In this document: one piece after another, positions 8,151 through 17,907 of the stretch
Numbering within the stretch: position 1 is the stretch's first letter
Layout of the letters: each line of letters opens with the position of its first letter
DNA from: a virus
Reading direction: 5' to 3' (one strand)
IMG/VR virus record: IMGVR_UViG_3300037467_002149
Location: 4,445-68,444 of that record
Length of the DNA stretch: 64,000 bases
Notes under the pieces: generated by a model
Told to the model about the DNA's origin: nothing
Database searches by the model: none
Seen by the model: the letters and a program-made list of their open reading frames with translations, nothing else
Program-made: the position numbers and the translations under genes

Positions 8151-8801
8151 CTAGGCCGCAAGCGCCTCTTCCGCCTCTGCGGTTTCGGCATAGCGCGCCT
8201 TGATGGTTTCCATCAGCGACGCAATGGCGTCATCGGCCAGCAAAAGGTCGTCGGCCGATGCTTCGGCAATGGCCAGCGCGGCGCGCTCAACGATGACGGA
8301 AAGCGAAGTCTTAGCAACTTCCGGCTCGCCTTCCTCTTCCTCGCCTTCCGGCTTGGCGTTGTCAGCGGCTTCAACGGCCGCCTTGCTCGCTTCAGCGCGC
8401 AACTTCGCAAGCTCTTTGCGCAGGGCATTGAGCGATTTGGGCGCATCCGGCGAGACCGTTGCAAAGGCAATGGCAATAGGACGGAAAGCCTCTGCTACAG
8501 CGCCAGTGTTGGCAGCTTCAAAGACGTCAATAACGCCCTCCGCCACCTTGCGGATAGCATCGCCGCCTTTGACGTTGCGAAGGCTGGAAAGCGTTGTTCC
8601 CGCCTTCCCGTTGGCCATCTTGGGCTTCAGGATAGCGCATAGTGTCGCAGTCATGTCGCCAACCGTCATGCGTCCGGAAAAGAGACCGCAAAGGCCTTCC
8701 CGGCTCCAGTCGGTTGCCTTGTTCTCAAAGGAAACGCCCTTTTGACGCAAGTCTTCGGTCGTTTCGCCATAGTGCGCGATATCAAATGCAATGGCAGTCA
8801 T
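8151..8801 (-). CDS. Ala/Glu-rich hypothetical protein
   Basis: Track ORF 8151..8924, start MTAIAFD after GGAGGA. Confidence 0.65.
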   Translation of the reverse strand: MTAIAFDIAHYGETTEDLRQKGVSFENKATDWSREGLCGLFSGRMTVGDMTATLCAILKPKMANGKAGTTLSSLRNVKGGDAIRKVAEGVIDVFEAANTGAVAEAFRPIAIAFATVSPDAPKSLNALRKELAKLRAEASKAAVEAADNAKPEGEEEEGEPEVAKTSLSVIVERAALAIAEASADDLLLADDAIASLMETIKARYAETAEAEEALAA

Positions 8802-8956
8802 GTTGTCCTCCAATGGAAATTGGGAAATTTCCCAAGCATGGGCAGCGCGCACGACCAGCGCCCCCGCCAGTGGCGAGGGCATGAGGGGAGCCGTGGCTCC
8901 CTGAAGGGGCGTTTGCCTGTCCATGTGCTCACCATAGACGGGCTTCCCAGGTAGAA

Positions 8957-8981
8957 TACTAATACTTGCATAGTATTAGTA
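8957..8981. promoter_or_regulatory. AT-rich inverted repeat TACTAATACT-N5-AGTATTAGTA, candidate operator
   Basis: Perfect 10-bp arms in the non-coding gap 8925-9150. Confidence 0.5.
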
Positions 8982-9149
8982 ACACACTGACATAGATATA
9001 GTTGTGGTCTAAAAGATGAATGTTTCCAAGCACTTAGGCGAGGAAGGGTGCCACGTTGTTGCCGTGGGAGAGAGCGGGTGTGACACGGATCATCCGGAAA
9101 TCGTCCCGGGGTAATTTTGCCATTTTCCTAAGTCACAGGCCGACTTTAT

Positions 9150-9395
9150 CTACAGATTTGCTGTAAATCCACGCCCATTGTCGTTGATTTCGTCGAGTTT
9201 CGCGACAAATTCGCGCCTGGACAGCTCGATCGCGCCCATTTTCACGGCGAGGCACCTCGTTTTAACTGAAATAGCACATAAATTGGACTTATGCTCTAAA
9301 ACGCATATTCCGAGCCTCTCAGTCGCGTCGAGCAGCTCACCGGGGGTGTCAGCGGTCATTTGAGCCAGGGCGTGAGGTCCGACGTAGACGCTCAC
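9150..9395 (-). CDS. Hypothetical protein
   Basis: Track ORF coupled to the upstream stop. Confidence 0.5.
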   Translation of the reverse strand: MSVYVGPHALAQMTADTPGELLDATERLGICVLEHKSNLCAISVKTRCLAVKMGAIELSRREFVAKLDEINDNGRGFTANL

Positions 9396-9670
9396 CGTCC
9401 CATCTTCTCTTCGATGAACTCACGAGCCAGGCGCGCGATGGTTTTGTCGCCCCAGACGGTCTTCCAGCTCCGGCAATAGTCGCGGCCTTTCCATCTCAAC
9501 CGAAGCGACAGATACCCTTTGTCTCCGAGACACTCGTAAACCTCAACCAGACCGGCCGGGTGACGATAGACGCCCTCGCGATAGGCCCCGCGCCACTCGT
9601 GCATGGACAGGTAACCACGGGCGCCAGGACTCCAGTCCCACTCGTCGAAGTCGGTCATCTTGACAGTCAT
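9392..9670 (-). CDS. Hypothetical protein
   Basis: Track ORF coupled to the primase stop. Confidence 0.6.
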   Translation of the reverse strand: MTVKMTDFDEWDWSPGARGYLSMHEWRGAYREGVYRHPAGLVEVYECLGDKGYLSLRLRWKGRDYCRSWKTVWGDKTIARLAREFIEEKMGR

Positions 9671-12120
9671 GGCTTAACCCCCGTCGGGACGGCCAGCCGG
9701 AGCCCAGTCACCTTGTCCCGGGTGACCTTCATCTCGTCCTGATACTCGGCCACCCGGTATCCGAGCTGCTCGAGCATCGTCTTGAAGCGCTCGTACGTGA
9801 CGCCGTATCCTGTGCTGACCGTCTTCTGGTAGAAGATGTATTGCTCGAAGACGGTCTTACAGTCGGCCTCGGATTTCCCGTCGGGCCTGACTCGCTCGCA
9901 GCTCTGCAGGAAAGCAGCGACCGAGTTGTTGCTCCGCAAAATGAGGTTTTCCAATCGTCGGTGGGAAGCCGGCAGCGTGTATTCACGCTGCTGCAGGAGC
10001 CGGGGCAGGGCCTCGACCACCCAAGCAGCGATCGCTTCGCGTTCCTCGGCAATCACGACCTGGGCGAAGTCGAGGATCCGATCCTTCTCCTCCACCTTGC
10101 GGGTGAACTCGAAGATCACCCAGCGGCGGATGAAACCGTCGCTGGTGTCTCTCGACCGAGGCAGATGGTTCGACGCGAACCAGTGCGCGCACATCGGAGC
10201 GAAGGTGAATCCGTCCTTGCCCTTGTACTCGGTGTGTTGCGGCTCGCCGCAGACAATGCCTTTGAAACGCTCGCCCGAGATCATCGCGTCCTCGGGCAGC
10301 TCGCCGCAGACGTTCAAGACCTTGCCGACCATGCCGTTGAGGTCGAACCGCTCGCCCCACTTGTGCGGCGGCAGCGCGCAGACCGCGTTCTCGGGCATCA
10401 TCGCCCGCAGGATGTCCAGCAGCTGCGACTTGCCCGTGCCACCGGGCCCGTAGAGCAGGATTGCCCGCTGGTAGCGCGGCCCGATGCCGAACATGGTCGC
10501 TGCCAGCACTTCCTGCAGCGCCTTGACCTTGTCGTCGTAATCCGGATCGTCGCCCCACGCGCGCTCGAGCATTTCGAGGAACCGGTGACACTCGTGGCGC
10601 CGCGCGGGTACATAGTTGAATGGCATGGTGAACGTCTTGCCGAACGTCGGACTATGTTCGTGCAGCTGCAGGTTCATATCGAGGAACCCATTGGCGAAGT
10701 TGATCCCGAGCTCGGGGTTCTCCTCGAGCGGAAGGTCGACCAGCACGCCGATCGTCTTGACGATCGCGCCATAGTCGGAGTGGCGCTTCGACAGCACATT
10801 ACCTTTGACCCGCTCGGCGATGTATTTGTAGATCACCCCATCGGTGAGCTGGGCGAAGCACGATCCGTTCCACTGCCAGAAGCTGCCCTGAGCATGGCGT
10901 AGTTCACCACCGCGGCTCATTTCCTCGATCACCTGCCGCGCGATGGCTTCGTGATCTTCGGCGATTTCGGTCTCCCCGCCGCCGACGGTCCGAGCTTCCT
11001 TGAACATCTTCTTGATCGCGGCGCGGTTCATCTTCGCGCCAGATCCGAGCGCAGAGTCGATCGCAGGAATGAGAGTGTCGAACTCGAACTCGTCGAACTG
11101 CTCGTCCGCAGCAACTTTCCCGACCACCTCTCGAACTTTCTGCAGCGCCCAGCGGTCGTCGCCCTGCTTCTGAGACACCTGTTCCATCAGCCACTCACGG
11201 GCCCGAACGAAGTCCCAGCGCTCGGCCTTGTTCTTCTCACCGATCATTTTGATGGTGGGGTGCTCGAGCAGCTCGTCAGTCAGGTTGGCGTCCCAGCCTT
11301 CGGGCAGGGTTCGGCCACCCTCAATGTCGCGCAGCAGAAACTCGAGGAGCTTCGCGACGCCCTTTTGCGGATCCATGTCGTCACCCGCGGCGCGCGCGGT
11401 GAAATTCTCGACCCAATGATGCATGTGCTGCATCGCCTCGACGAGCGACGGCCGGAACTTCCGATCCAGGCCGAACACGCATCGAGCCAGGTATCCGGCG
11501 TGGCGCACGAGCTGGATGTCGCGCTCGCCGGCCGGGACCACATCGAGTGGCTTACTCCTCCCCTCATGGGAGAGCACCACGCCCTTGACGCCGAGAGCCG
11601 CTCGCAACCGGTCCTCGATATCCACGCCGAGCGCGGGGATCTGGTCCATCACCTCCCACAAGTCACTGGTGGCCGTGTATGACTTGCCGGTGTCGGGGTG
11701 GATCGAGGGTGGAAGGACGAGCTGGTTGCCGAGACCCAGGAACTCGCAGATCATTCCCTCGTCGGATCGGATCTTGAAGTTCTTCTGGCCCTGCCAGCGA
11801 AACACCAGCGCGCAGCCCTTCGCGCCGACGCGGCGCCAGGGGGTCTCGGGCAGGCAGTCTTCGATCGCTTTGACCAGAACCTCGTCGGTGGTGTCGATGT
11901 CGATCGCACAGAGCTTGGAGGCGGGGCCGAAGGGGAGACCGATGTTCGACCGCGGGTATTCCGACAGCCAATGCTCGCGCACCGCAGCCGACGGCATGTT
12001 CGAGCCGTATTGGGTCCACTCGGACAGGATCGGAGCCTTGCTCCTCACCTTGAGGGGCATGGCGGGGATGCCCGCCTCCCAGTAGTAGGGGGCGAAGTCG
12101 CGGAAAACGTGCTGGCTCAA
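9667..12120 (-). CDS. Primase-helicase: Prim-Pol + PriCT + D5_N + SF3 helicase (P4/D5 family)
   Basis: NIGLPFG..LCAIDID and QLVLPPSIHP (Prim-Pol); GERDIQL (PriCT); Walker A GPGGTGKS; SF3 motifs NVCGELP and WFASNHLP. Confidence 0.9.
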   Translation of the reverse strand: MSQHVFRDFAPYYWEAGIPAMPLKVRSKAPILSEWTQYGSNMPSAAVREHWLSEYPRSNIGLPFGPASKLCAIDIDTTDEVLVKAIEDCLPETPWRRVGAKGCALVFRWQGQKNFKIRSDEGMICEFLGLGNQLVLPPSIHPDTGKSYTATSDLWEVMDQIPALGVDIEDRLRAALGVKGVVLSHEGRSKPLDVVPAGERDIQLVRHAGYLARCVFGLDRKFRPSLVEAMQHMHHWVENFTARAAGDDMDPQKGVAKLLEFLLRDIEGGRTLPEGWDANLTDELLEHPTIKMIGEKNKAERWDFVRAREWLMEQVSQKQGDDRWALQKVREVVGKVAADEQFDEFEFDTLIPAIDSALGSGAKMNRAAIKKMFKEARTVGGGETEIAEDHEAIARQVIEEMSRGGELRHAQGSFWQWNGSCFAQLTDGVIYKYIAERVKGNVLSKRHSDYGAIVKTIGVLVDLPLEENPELGINFANGFLDMNLQLHEHSPTFGKTFTMPFNYVPARRHECHRFLEMLERAWGDDPDYDDKVKALQEVLAATMFGIGPRYQRAILLYGPGGTGKSQLLDILRAMMPENAVCALPPHKWGERFDLNGMVGKVLNVCGELPEDAMISGERFKGIVCGEPQHTEYKGKDGFTFAPMCAHWFASNHLPRSRDTSDGFIRRWVIFEFTRKVEEKDRILDFAQVVIAEEREAIAAWVVEALPRLLQQREYTLPASHRRLENLILRSNNSVAAFLQSCERVRPDGKSEADCKTVFEQYIFYQKTVSTGYGVTYERFKTMLEQLGYRVAEYQDEMKVTRDKVTGLRLAVPTGVKP

Positions 12121-12641
12121 CAGTAGGGCTCCAATCTCTTCAGGAATTCGTCACGCCGTTCTTCGGCGACCAGGTCATCGAGGATGCCGATGACCGTCTG
12201 CTGGAACTCCATCACTTTGCGTGAGCTGGCGAAGCGTTCGCGGATCGAGACCAGCTTCTCCATCAGCGACGCCCTCGTCTTGAGGATTGTCAGCTTCGTG
12301 GCTGTGTCCATCTGCTTGAGCTCGCCGTCTTCGGTCTTCGCCATGTTGCGAAGCTCGGCCAGCATCTCGCGCGCTTCGGTCTCGAGCTCGGCGGCATCAT
12401 CGTCCGTCAGCTCTTTCTTGTTCGATGGACGGCCGACCTTGCCGCGCTCAGGTTTCTCGACCTGAACCTCGACGATGCGCTCTATCTCCTTGGGTTCGAA
12501 CAGTTTTTCGAGGAGAGCGATCGTGTCGTTGTCGTAGGGACAGTCTTTTCGTCGCAGGTAACCTTCTTCGGCGTCACACGCGGCTTTGAGTTCCGCGATG
12601 CCCTGCAGGACACCGAAGCGCAGGGTGGGGAAGTTGCTCAT
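12117..12641 (-). CDS. Helical hypothetical protein, possible terminase small subunit
   Basis: Start MSNFPT; divergent neighbour of terL; helical and charged. Function inferred from position only. Confidence 0.45.
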   Translation of the reverse strand: MSNFPTLRFGVLQGIAELKAACDAEEGYLRRKDCPYDNDTIALLEKLFEPKEIERIVEVQVEKPERGKVGRPSNKKELTDDDAAELETEAREMLAELRNMAKTEDGELKQMDTATKLTILKTRASLMEKLVSIRERFASSRKVMEFQQTVIGILDDLVAEERRDEFLKRLEPYC

Positions 12642-12689
12642 CCCGACCCTAAGACCCCTCGGCCGAAATTTTCGCCAGCCAACTTTTTG

Positions 12690-12706
12690 AAGTGACTGAG
12701 TCACCT
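12690..12706. promoter_or_regulatory. Palindromic operator between divergent primase and terminase units
   Basis: AAGTGACTGAGTCACCT, preceded by TTTTTG as in the 7.3/7.5 kb copies. Confidence 0.75.
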
Positions 12707-12764
12707 CAGTCCACCGGTCACAGTTCGACCTTGAGTTCCGTGCCCGCCCGAAGCTTTACGCTCG

Positions 12765-14534
12765 GTGATGTTCGAGGACCTCTACCAGACGGTGAAGCAG
12801 CGTTACGGCGCCGGTTCCTCGAAGCAGTCCAACAGCGAGTGGGTCTGCAACAACACGACGATCAAGCGCGCGACGCCGTTCTCATTCGACGGCTACGAAT
12901 TCCAGCGCGCGATCATGGACGACATGCACCCCGACCTGTCGTGCATCAAATGCTCCCAGGTCGGCCTCACCGAGGTCCAGCTCCGCAAATATCTCGCAAC
13001 ACTGACCCGGTATGATGCGGTGTCGGGCATCTTCTCGCTGCCGAACGAGGACATGTTCAAGCGCGTCTACAAGACCCGCCTTAAGCCGATCCTCGACCGC
13101 GACGACATCTTCAACCCACCGATGGATGTGAAGCCGATCCGCTCGACCGGACTCATCCAGATCCGGGAGAGCTTCGGTTACATCACCGGATGCGGGGAAG
13201 ACGACGCGACTTCAATCCCCGCCGACTTCCTGATGCACGACGAGCTCGACCTGTCCCCCGAGGACATGATCGGTCTGTATCAGTCGCGTCTGCAGAACTC
13301 GAACATGCGGATCACGCAGAAGTTCTCGACGCCCACCTTCAAGGGCTACGGGATCGACAAGGACTACAAGCTCACCGACCAACGTGAATACGAGATCCGC
13401 TGCTCAGCTTGTAACCACTGGCAGATCCCGCTCTTCAACCGGAAGTTCGTTCACTGTCCCGAGTTCGACCAACTCAACCTCAAAGAGTTCACGGACCTCA
13501 CGCCAGAGATCATCGCGACGATGGATCTCTCCGAGACCTACGTCCATTGTGAGCGCTGCTGCAAACCACTGGACCTGGCGAACCCGGAGCTCCGCGAGTG
13601 GGTGGCTCGTCATCCAAGCCGAACGGCGTTCCGCGGATATTACGTCCGACCGTTCTCGGCCGGCCGGCTCAGCCCCCAGTATGTCTTCACGCAGCTCGCC
13701 AAGTATCAGAAGGTCGGGTTCACCCGCGGCTTCTTCAACACCGTGCTCGGCGAGCCGCACAACTCGGCCGACAGCCAGGTCCAGCGGGAAGACGTCGAAG
13801 CCTGCATGATCAGCGGTGAGATTGCCAATGTCTCCTACGGCACGCCCGTGTTCATGGGCATCGACGTCGGCTTCCAGTGCTACATCACGCTCTCATTCGA
13901 CGACGAGAAGGGCACTCCGCACTGGGTTCTGTTTGAGCAGGTGCCGATCGCGCGTCTCGAGGCGCGGATCGCTGAGCTCCGCAAGGTCTATAATATCGTT
14001 GGCGCGGGTATTGACCGCTTCCCCTTCACGCCAACCGTCGACGCACTCCGGGACTTCACTCAAGGCCTGGTGATGCCAATCCAATGGCGCGGCGAGAAGG
14101 GTCTCATCCCTCAGAAGGACGAGCTCGGGGTGCTCACGCACTATTCGGCGAACCCGACCCAAACCTTCGACCGAATGCTCGCTGCCATCTCCCAAAGAAA
14201 GATGGTGATCGGCGGTTACACGCATTCCCGGGAGACACTCATCACGCACCTCTGCGACATGGTGCGCGATGAAAGTCCCGACGCAAATGCCGAGGCGACG
14301 TGGAAGAAGACCAGCGGCAACGACCACTACTTCCACTCGATGGCTTTCAACTTGTTGAGCCGGAGGATCTGCGAACACATGTACCAGACCCAGAGCGGGG
14401 TCACCGCGACCTCCAGCACGATCAGCGGTGCCACGATTGGCGCCCAGGACAACCTTCCGGGGCATCATGCTTCCACGTCTGACCGGTTGGGTCTGACGCG
14501 CCAGCGCGGTGACGTCATTACGAGGCACCGCTGA
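12765..14534 (+). CDS. terL: Terminase large subunit, lambda GpA-like
   Basis: KCSQVGLTE Walker A, MHDELD Walker B, CxxC pairs (CSAC, CERC), nuclease GIDVG and GNDHYFHS. Confidence 0.9.
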   Translation: MMFEDLYQTVKQRYGAGSSKQSNSEWVCNNTTIKRATPFSFDGYEFQRAIMDDMHPDLSCIKCSQVGLTEVQLRKYLATLTRYDAVSGIFSLPNEDMFKRVYKTRLKPILDRDDIFNPPMDVKPIRSTGLIQIRESFGYITGCGEDDATSIPADFLMHDELDLSPEDMIGLYQSRLQNSNMRITQKFSTPTFKGYGIDKDYKLTDQREYEIRCSACNHWQIPLFNRKFVHCPEFDQLNLKEFTDLTPEIIATMDLSETYVHCERCCKPLDLANPELREWVARHPSRTAFRGYYVRPFSAGRLSPQYVFTQLAKYQKVGFTRGFFNTVLGEPHNSADSQVQREDVEACMISGEIANVSYGTPVFMGIDVGFQCYITLSFDDEKGTPHWVLFEQVPIARLEARIAELRKVYNIVGAGIDRFPFTPTVDALRDFTQGLVMPIQWRGEKGLIPQKDELGVLTHYSANPTQTFDRMLAAISQRKMVIGGYTHSRETLITHLCDMVRDESPDANAEATWKKTSGNDHYFHSMAFNLLSRRICEHMYQTQSGVTATSSTISGATIGAQDNLPGHHASTSDRLGLTRQRGDVITRHR

Positions 14535-16027
14535 TGGCGATCTCGAACCCCATCAAGCTCATCCTGCCGAAGGGCAAGATCAAGGGTGGCCGGAGCTACA
14601 CGCCGACTTTCCGCCCCAGCAATTCGTTGCTGACCGCGCCGCAGTATCGGAATCACCTCGACCAGCTCTTTGATAGCCGGCTGACTTCGGACTCGCGCGA
14701 TCTGTTGAACGCCGCGGTCAACAGCGATCCGGATGTCTCGGCCGCGGTGCACGCCTATCTGACGATCGCGTCGAGCGCCGAGCTCATCATCTACGGTTAC
14801 GACGCGAATGGTGTGCTTGACCCGCAAGGCATCGCACTCGGCCGGCAGATCCTCGAACAGATCACGGTCGTGTCAGATTATTCGGTCGGCTTTTCCAACA
14901 AGCCGCTGCTCGACGGGCTCTGCCAGGACTTGCGCTATTACATGCTGCTCCGTGGCATGAACTCGGCCGAGCTCGTCTTCGACAAGACGATGATCCCGAG
15001 CGAGTTGCGTCTGGTTGATCCGGCTTCGATCGTCTGGAACGAGAAACAGCCGGGGGTCTATTCCCCCGTTCAGAAGCCGAAGGGCGGGGGCGTCCAGATT
15101 GATCTCAACATCCCAAGCTTCTTCGTCAGCCGGTTCCATCAGAACCCGACCGACGTCTACACCTTTTCGCCGTTCGTCTCCGCGATCAACACGATCGCCG
15201 CGCGCCAGGAGGTCATCAACGAGCTGTATCGCATCATGCGCGTCGTGGGCTATCCGCGTCTCGACTTCCAAGTCATGGAAGAGGTGCTGATCCAGAACGC
15301 GCCCGCCACCATCCGCCAGGACCAGGTGAAGATGCGTGAGTTCGTCGACAACGAGATCACCAAGATCAAGACCCAGCTGGCTTCAATCCGCAGCGATGCT
15401 GCGCTCGTTCACTCGAGCGCGGTCACGGCCAAGGTCATCAATGACAAAAACCCCGGCGCCGGCATGGCTGTCGCTGATGTCATCAGTGTCCTCGACAGCC
15501 AGAACCAAGCGGCGCTGAAGGTGATGCCGGCGGTCGTCGGCAAGGCCGACGGCGGACAGGTGGCGGGGACCGAGGCGCGTCTCTTTGCGCTAGGCGCGGA
15601 CAGCCTCAACCGATCGATCTGCGGTGTCCTGACCCAAGCACTGACCCTCGCGGGCCGCCTGGCTGGCTATCAGGGCCGAATTGTCGCGCAGTTCAATCCG
15701 GTCGAACTGCGTCCGGTCCTCGAGCTCGAGCCGCAGAAGGTGATGAAATCGGCGCGCCTCAAGCAGGATCTGTCGGCCGGCCTGATTACTGATCTCGAAT
15801 ATCACATGGAGATGTACGGCCGTCCGCCGCCTGAAGGTGCACCGCAGCTCTCCGGCACGAACTTCCTCGCCCCCAACGCCGCAGGTGCGAACGTCGATGT
15901 CTCGAGTATCTCGCCGAACCAGGACAGCCATGGCCGCTCGCTCGCTCCAGAAGGCGGGAAATCAGCGAAGTCGAACGCCTCAAAGCCTGGATCAGGAACC
16001 AAGCTCCGATTTGAGGTCGACGTATGA
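14534..16027 (+). CDS. Portal protein
   Basis: 497 aa directly after terL; size, position and helical/beta pattern fit a portal. Confidence 0.75.
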   Translation: MAISNPIKLILPKGKIKGGRSYTPTFRPSNSLLTAPQYRNHLDQLFDSRLTSDSRDLLNAAVNSDPDVSAAVHAYLTIASSAELIIYGYDANGVLDPQGIALGRQILEQITVVSDYSVGFSNKPLLDGLCQDLRYYMLLRGMNSAELVFDKTMIPSELRLVDPASIVWNEKQPGVYSPVQKPKGGGVQIDLNIPSFFVSRFHQNPTDVYTFSPFVSAINTIAARQEVINELYRIMRVVGYPRLDFQVMEEVLIQNAPATIRQDQVKMREFVDNEITKIKTQLASIRSDAALVHSSAVTAKVINDKNPGAGMAVADVISVLDSQNQAALKVMPAVVGKADGGQVAGTEARLFALGADSLNRSICGVLTQALTLAGRLAGYQGRIVAQFNPVELRPVLELEPQKVMKSARLKQDLSAGLITDLEYHMEMYGRPPPEGAPQLSGTNFLAPNAAGANVDVSSISPNQDSHGRSLAPEGGKSAKSNASKPGSGTKLRFEVDV

Positions 16028-16347
16028 TCAACATGCCATCACCGATCACGGAAGACGGCGACATCGTTCTCCATGCGAAGGCGGGGCTTCGGATCCCGGT
16101 CTTTTTCCAGCAGGAGAACGGTGCGCCTCGGGACATGACCGGCACGACGGTGAAGTTCTATGTCCAGGGTAGCTCGACGATCTTGTTGACTGCCGGCACT
16201 TCGATTGATGAGCTGATCCTTGAGATCCCCGTCGGTTTCTACAACACGCTGATCGGCAAAAAGGCTGATTTCGCCCTTGTCGACGAGACGGCCGTGCCCG
16301 CCAATGATCTTTGGAGCGGCGTGCTGTTCGTGACCGGCTTCGCATGA
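16024..16347 (+). CDS. Small beta-rich (BppU-N/Ig-like) virion protein, copy 1
   Basis: PVFFQQENGAPRDMTGTTVKF; paralogous to 19118..19447. Confidence 0.55.
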   Translation: MINMPSPITEDGDIVLHAKAGLRIPVFFQQENGAPRDMTGTTVKFYVQGSSTILLTAGTSIDELILEIPVGFYNTLIGKKADFALVDETAVPANDLWSGVLFVTGFA

Positions 16348-16532
16348 TCACGATCACAGCCAAGAATATCGAGCGAATTGTCGTCCGAGACGGCACCACC
16401 GCCGTGGTGCAGCCTCTTCCCCGTAGCGCACAGCTTCGCGTTGTTCAAAGTGCGAGCCCGATTCCTGTGGAACCAGGGCAGGTGCCCGACCCCGGCGATC
16501 TGGTGCTGCTTTTTGAGACCAATCTGGGTTGA
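16344..16532 (+). CDS. Small hypothetical protein
   Basis: Track ORF 16311..16532, start MITITAK overlapping the upstream stop. Confidence 0.5.
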   Translation: MITITAKNIERIVVRDGTTAVVQPLPRSAQLRVVQSASPIPVEPGQVPDPGDLVLLFETNLG

Positions 16533-16547
16533 TGAGGATGCGCTCGC

Positions 16548-16814
16548 TTGATCACGCTTCAAGAACGTCTGCAGGATTTGACCGTGCGCGTGGCGGGCGA
16601 GTTCAACGCTGTGCGCGCGGAGCGCGGTTTCACCTGGATCGCTCCGTCAGCTCAGCCGGTGTGGATGATTCCGCACAATCTGGGTCGCTATCCGGTCGTC
16701 TCGATCCGTGACTCGGCCGGTGACGTGATCGTCGCCGATGTCCAGCACCTCGACGCCAATGTCCTCACGATCACCTTCAGTCAGCCCACGCTGGGCTCTG
16801 CTGACCTCTCGTAG
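16548..16814 (+). CDS. Small fibre-associated protein (HNLGxxPxV motif)
   Basis: WMIPHNLGRYPVVSIRDSAG; a similar HNL motif ends the next protein. Confidence 0.6.
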   Translation: MITLQERLQDLTVRVAGEFNAVRAERGFTWIAPSAQPVWMIPHNLGRYPVVSIRDSAGDVIVADVQHLDANVLTITFSQPTLGSADLS

Positions 16815-16827
16815 GAGCCCCTGACCG

Positions 16828-17907
16828 ATGAAGATCTACAACGCTCAGGACTTCCAGAAGAACGCGGCAAAGAGCATCGTCATCGATCCGCTCTCGGCGG
16901 ATCCGAGCGCGCCCGTCGTCGGTCAAACGTATTTCAACACCTCCACCAACCAGCTGCTCACGTACAACGGCACCGCATTCGCGAACAAGGCGACGGACTC
17001 CGCGCTGCTGAACGGTCAGAACGCGGCCTTTTATCTGGCCCGCGGCAACCACACCGGCACGCAGACTGCCGCCACCATCAGTGATCTCGCGACGACCGTT
17101 CAGGGCTATCGGCTCGACCAGTTCGCCGCACCCACTGCCTCTGTTCCTTTCAACAATCAGAAGGCGGCGGGCCTCGCGGATCCGACGAACCCACAGGACG
17201 CCGCGACGAAGAATTATGTCGACGCGCAGGTGCAGAACGCCGCAGCTGGCATCGACAGCAAGCCTTCCGTCCGCGCGATCGCGACCGCCAACGTCGCTCT
17301 TTCAGGCACTCAGACAATCGACAGTGTCAGCCTTGTCGCGGGTGACCGAGTTCTTCTGACAGCGCAGACGACGGCTAGCCAGAACGGCGTCTATGTCGTT
17401 GCTGCCGGCGCCTGGTCACGAGCAACGGACGCCGACGCCACTGGTGAAATCACCCCTGGTGCAACCTGGTACGTCGAGGAAGGCGGCACCTATGCCGCCT
17501 CGACTTGGCGCTGTGCGAACACCGGCGCGATCACGCTCGGCTCGACCAGCGTCACAATTACCCAGTTCACCGGCGGCACGAGCTACACCAACGGCAACGG
17601 TCTGCTGCTCACCGGCAACAGCTTTTCGGTCAAGCCATCGACGGGCATCAGCGTGTCGGCGGCGGGCGTGGCGATCGACACCGCGGTCGTTGCGCGAAAG
17701 ATGGCGTTCACGGTCGGCAACGGAGCCGCGACGAGCATCGCACTCAATCACAATCTCAATACCCAGGACGTGGCCGTTTCCGTGCGCCTCGCCTCGACGA
17801 ATGAAGCAATTCTGGTCGACTGGGTTGCGACCGACGTCAACAACGTCACCTTGACCTTCGCAACGGCGCCCGCCGCGAACGCGATCAAGGCGCTGGTCGT
17901 CGGATAA
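16828..17907 (+). CDS. Head/tail fibre-like structural protein
   Basis: DAATKNYVD and GDRVLLTAQTTASQNGVYVVAAGAWSRATDAD are common phage fibre motifs; C-terminal HNLNTQDV. Confidence 0.7.
   Translation: MKIYNAQDFQKNAAKSIVIDPLSADPSAPVVGQTYFNTSTNQLLTYNGTAFANKATDSALLNGQNAAFYLARGNHTGTQTAATISDLATTVQGYRLDQFAAPTASVPFNNQKAAGLADPTNPQDAATKNYVDAQVQNAAAGIDSKPSVRAIATANVALSGTQTIDSVSLVAGDRVLLTAQTTASQNGVYVVAAGAWSRATDADATGEITPGATWYVEEGGTYAASTWRCANTGAITLGSTSVTITQFTGGTSYTNGNGLLLTGNSFSVKPSTGISVSAAGVAIDTAVVARKMAFTVGNGAATSIALNHNLNTQDVAVSVRLASTNEAILVDWVATDVNNVTLTFATAPAANAIKALVVG

Noticed and set aside
9841-10902. 353-aa plus-strand ORF (and similar ones at 21602..22684, 33366..33989, 34764..35807, 42461..43423, 47830..48687, 50255..51304)
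   Set aside because: Each lies wholly opposite a well-supported gene; expected in GC-rich DNA with few antisense stops.
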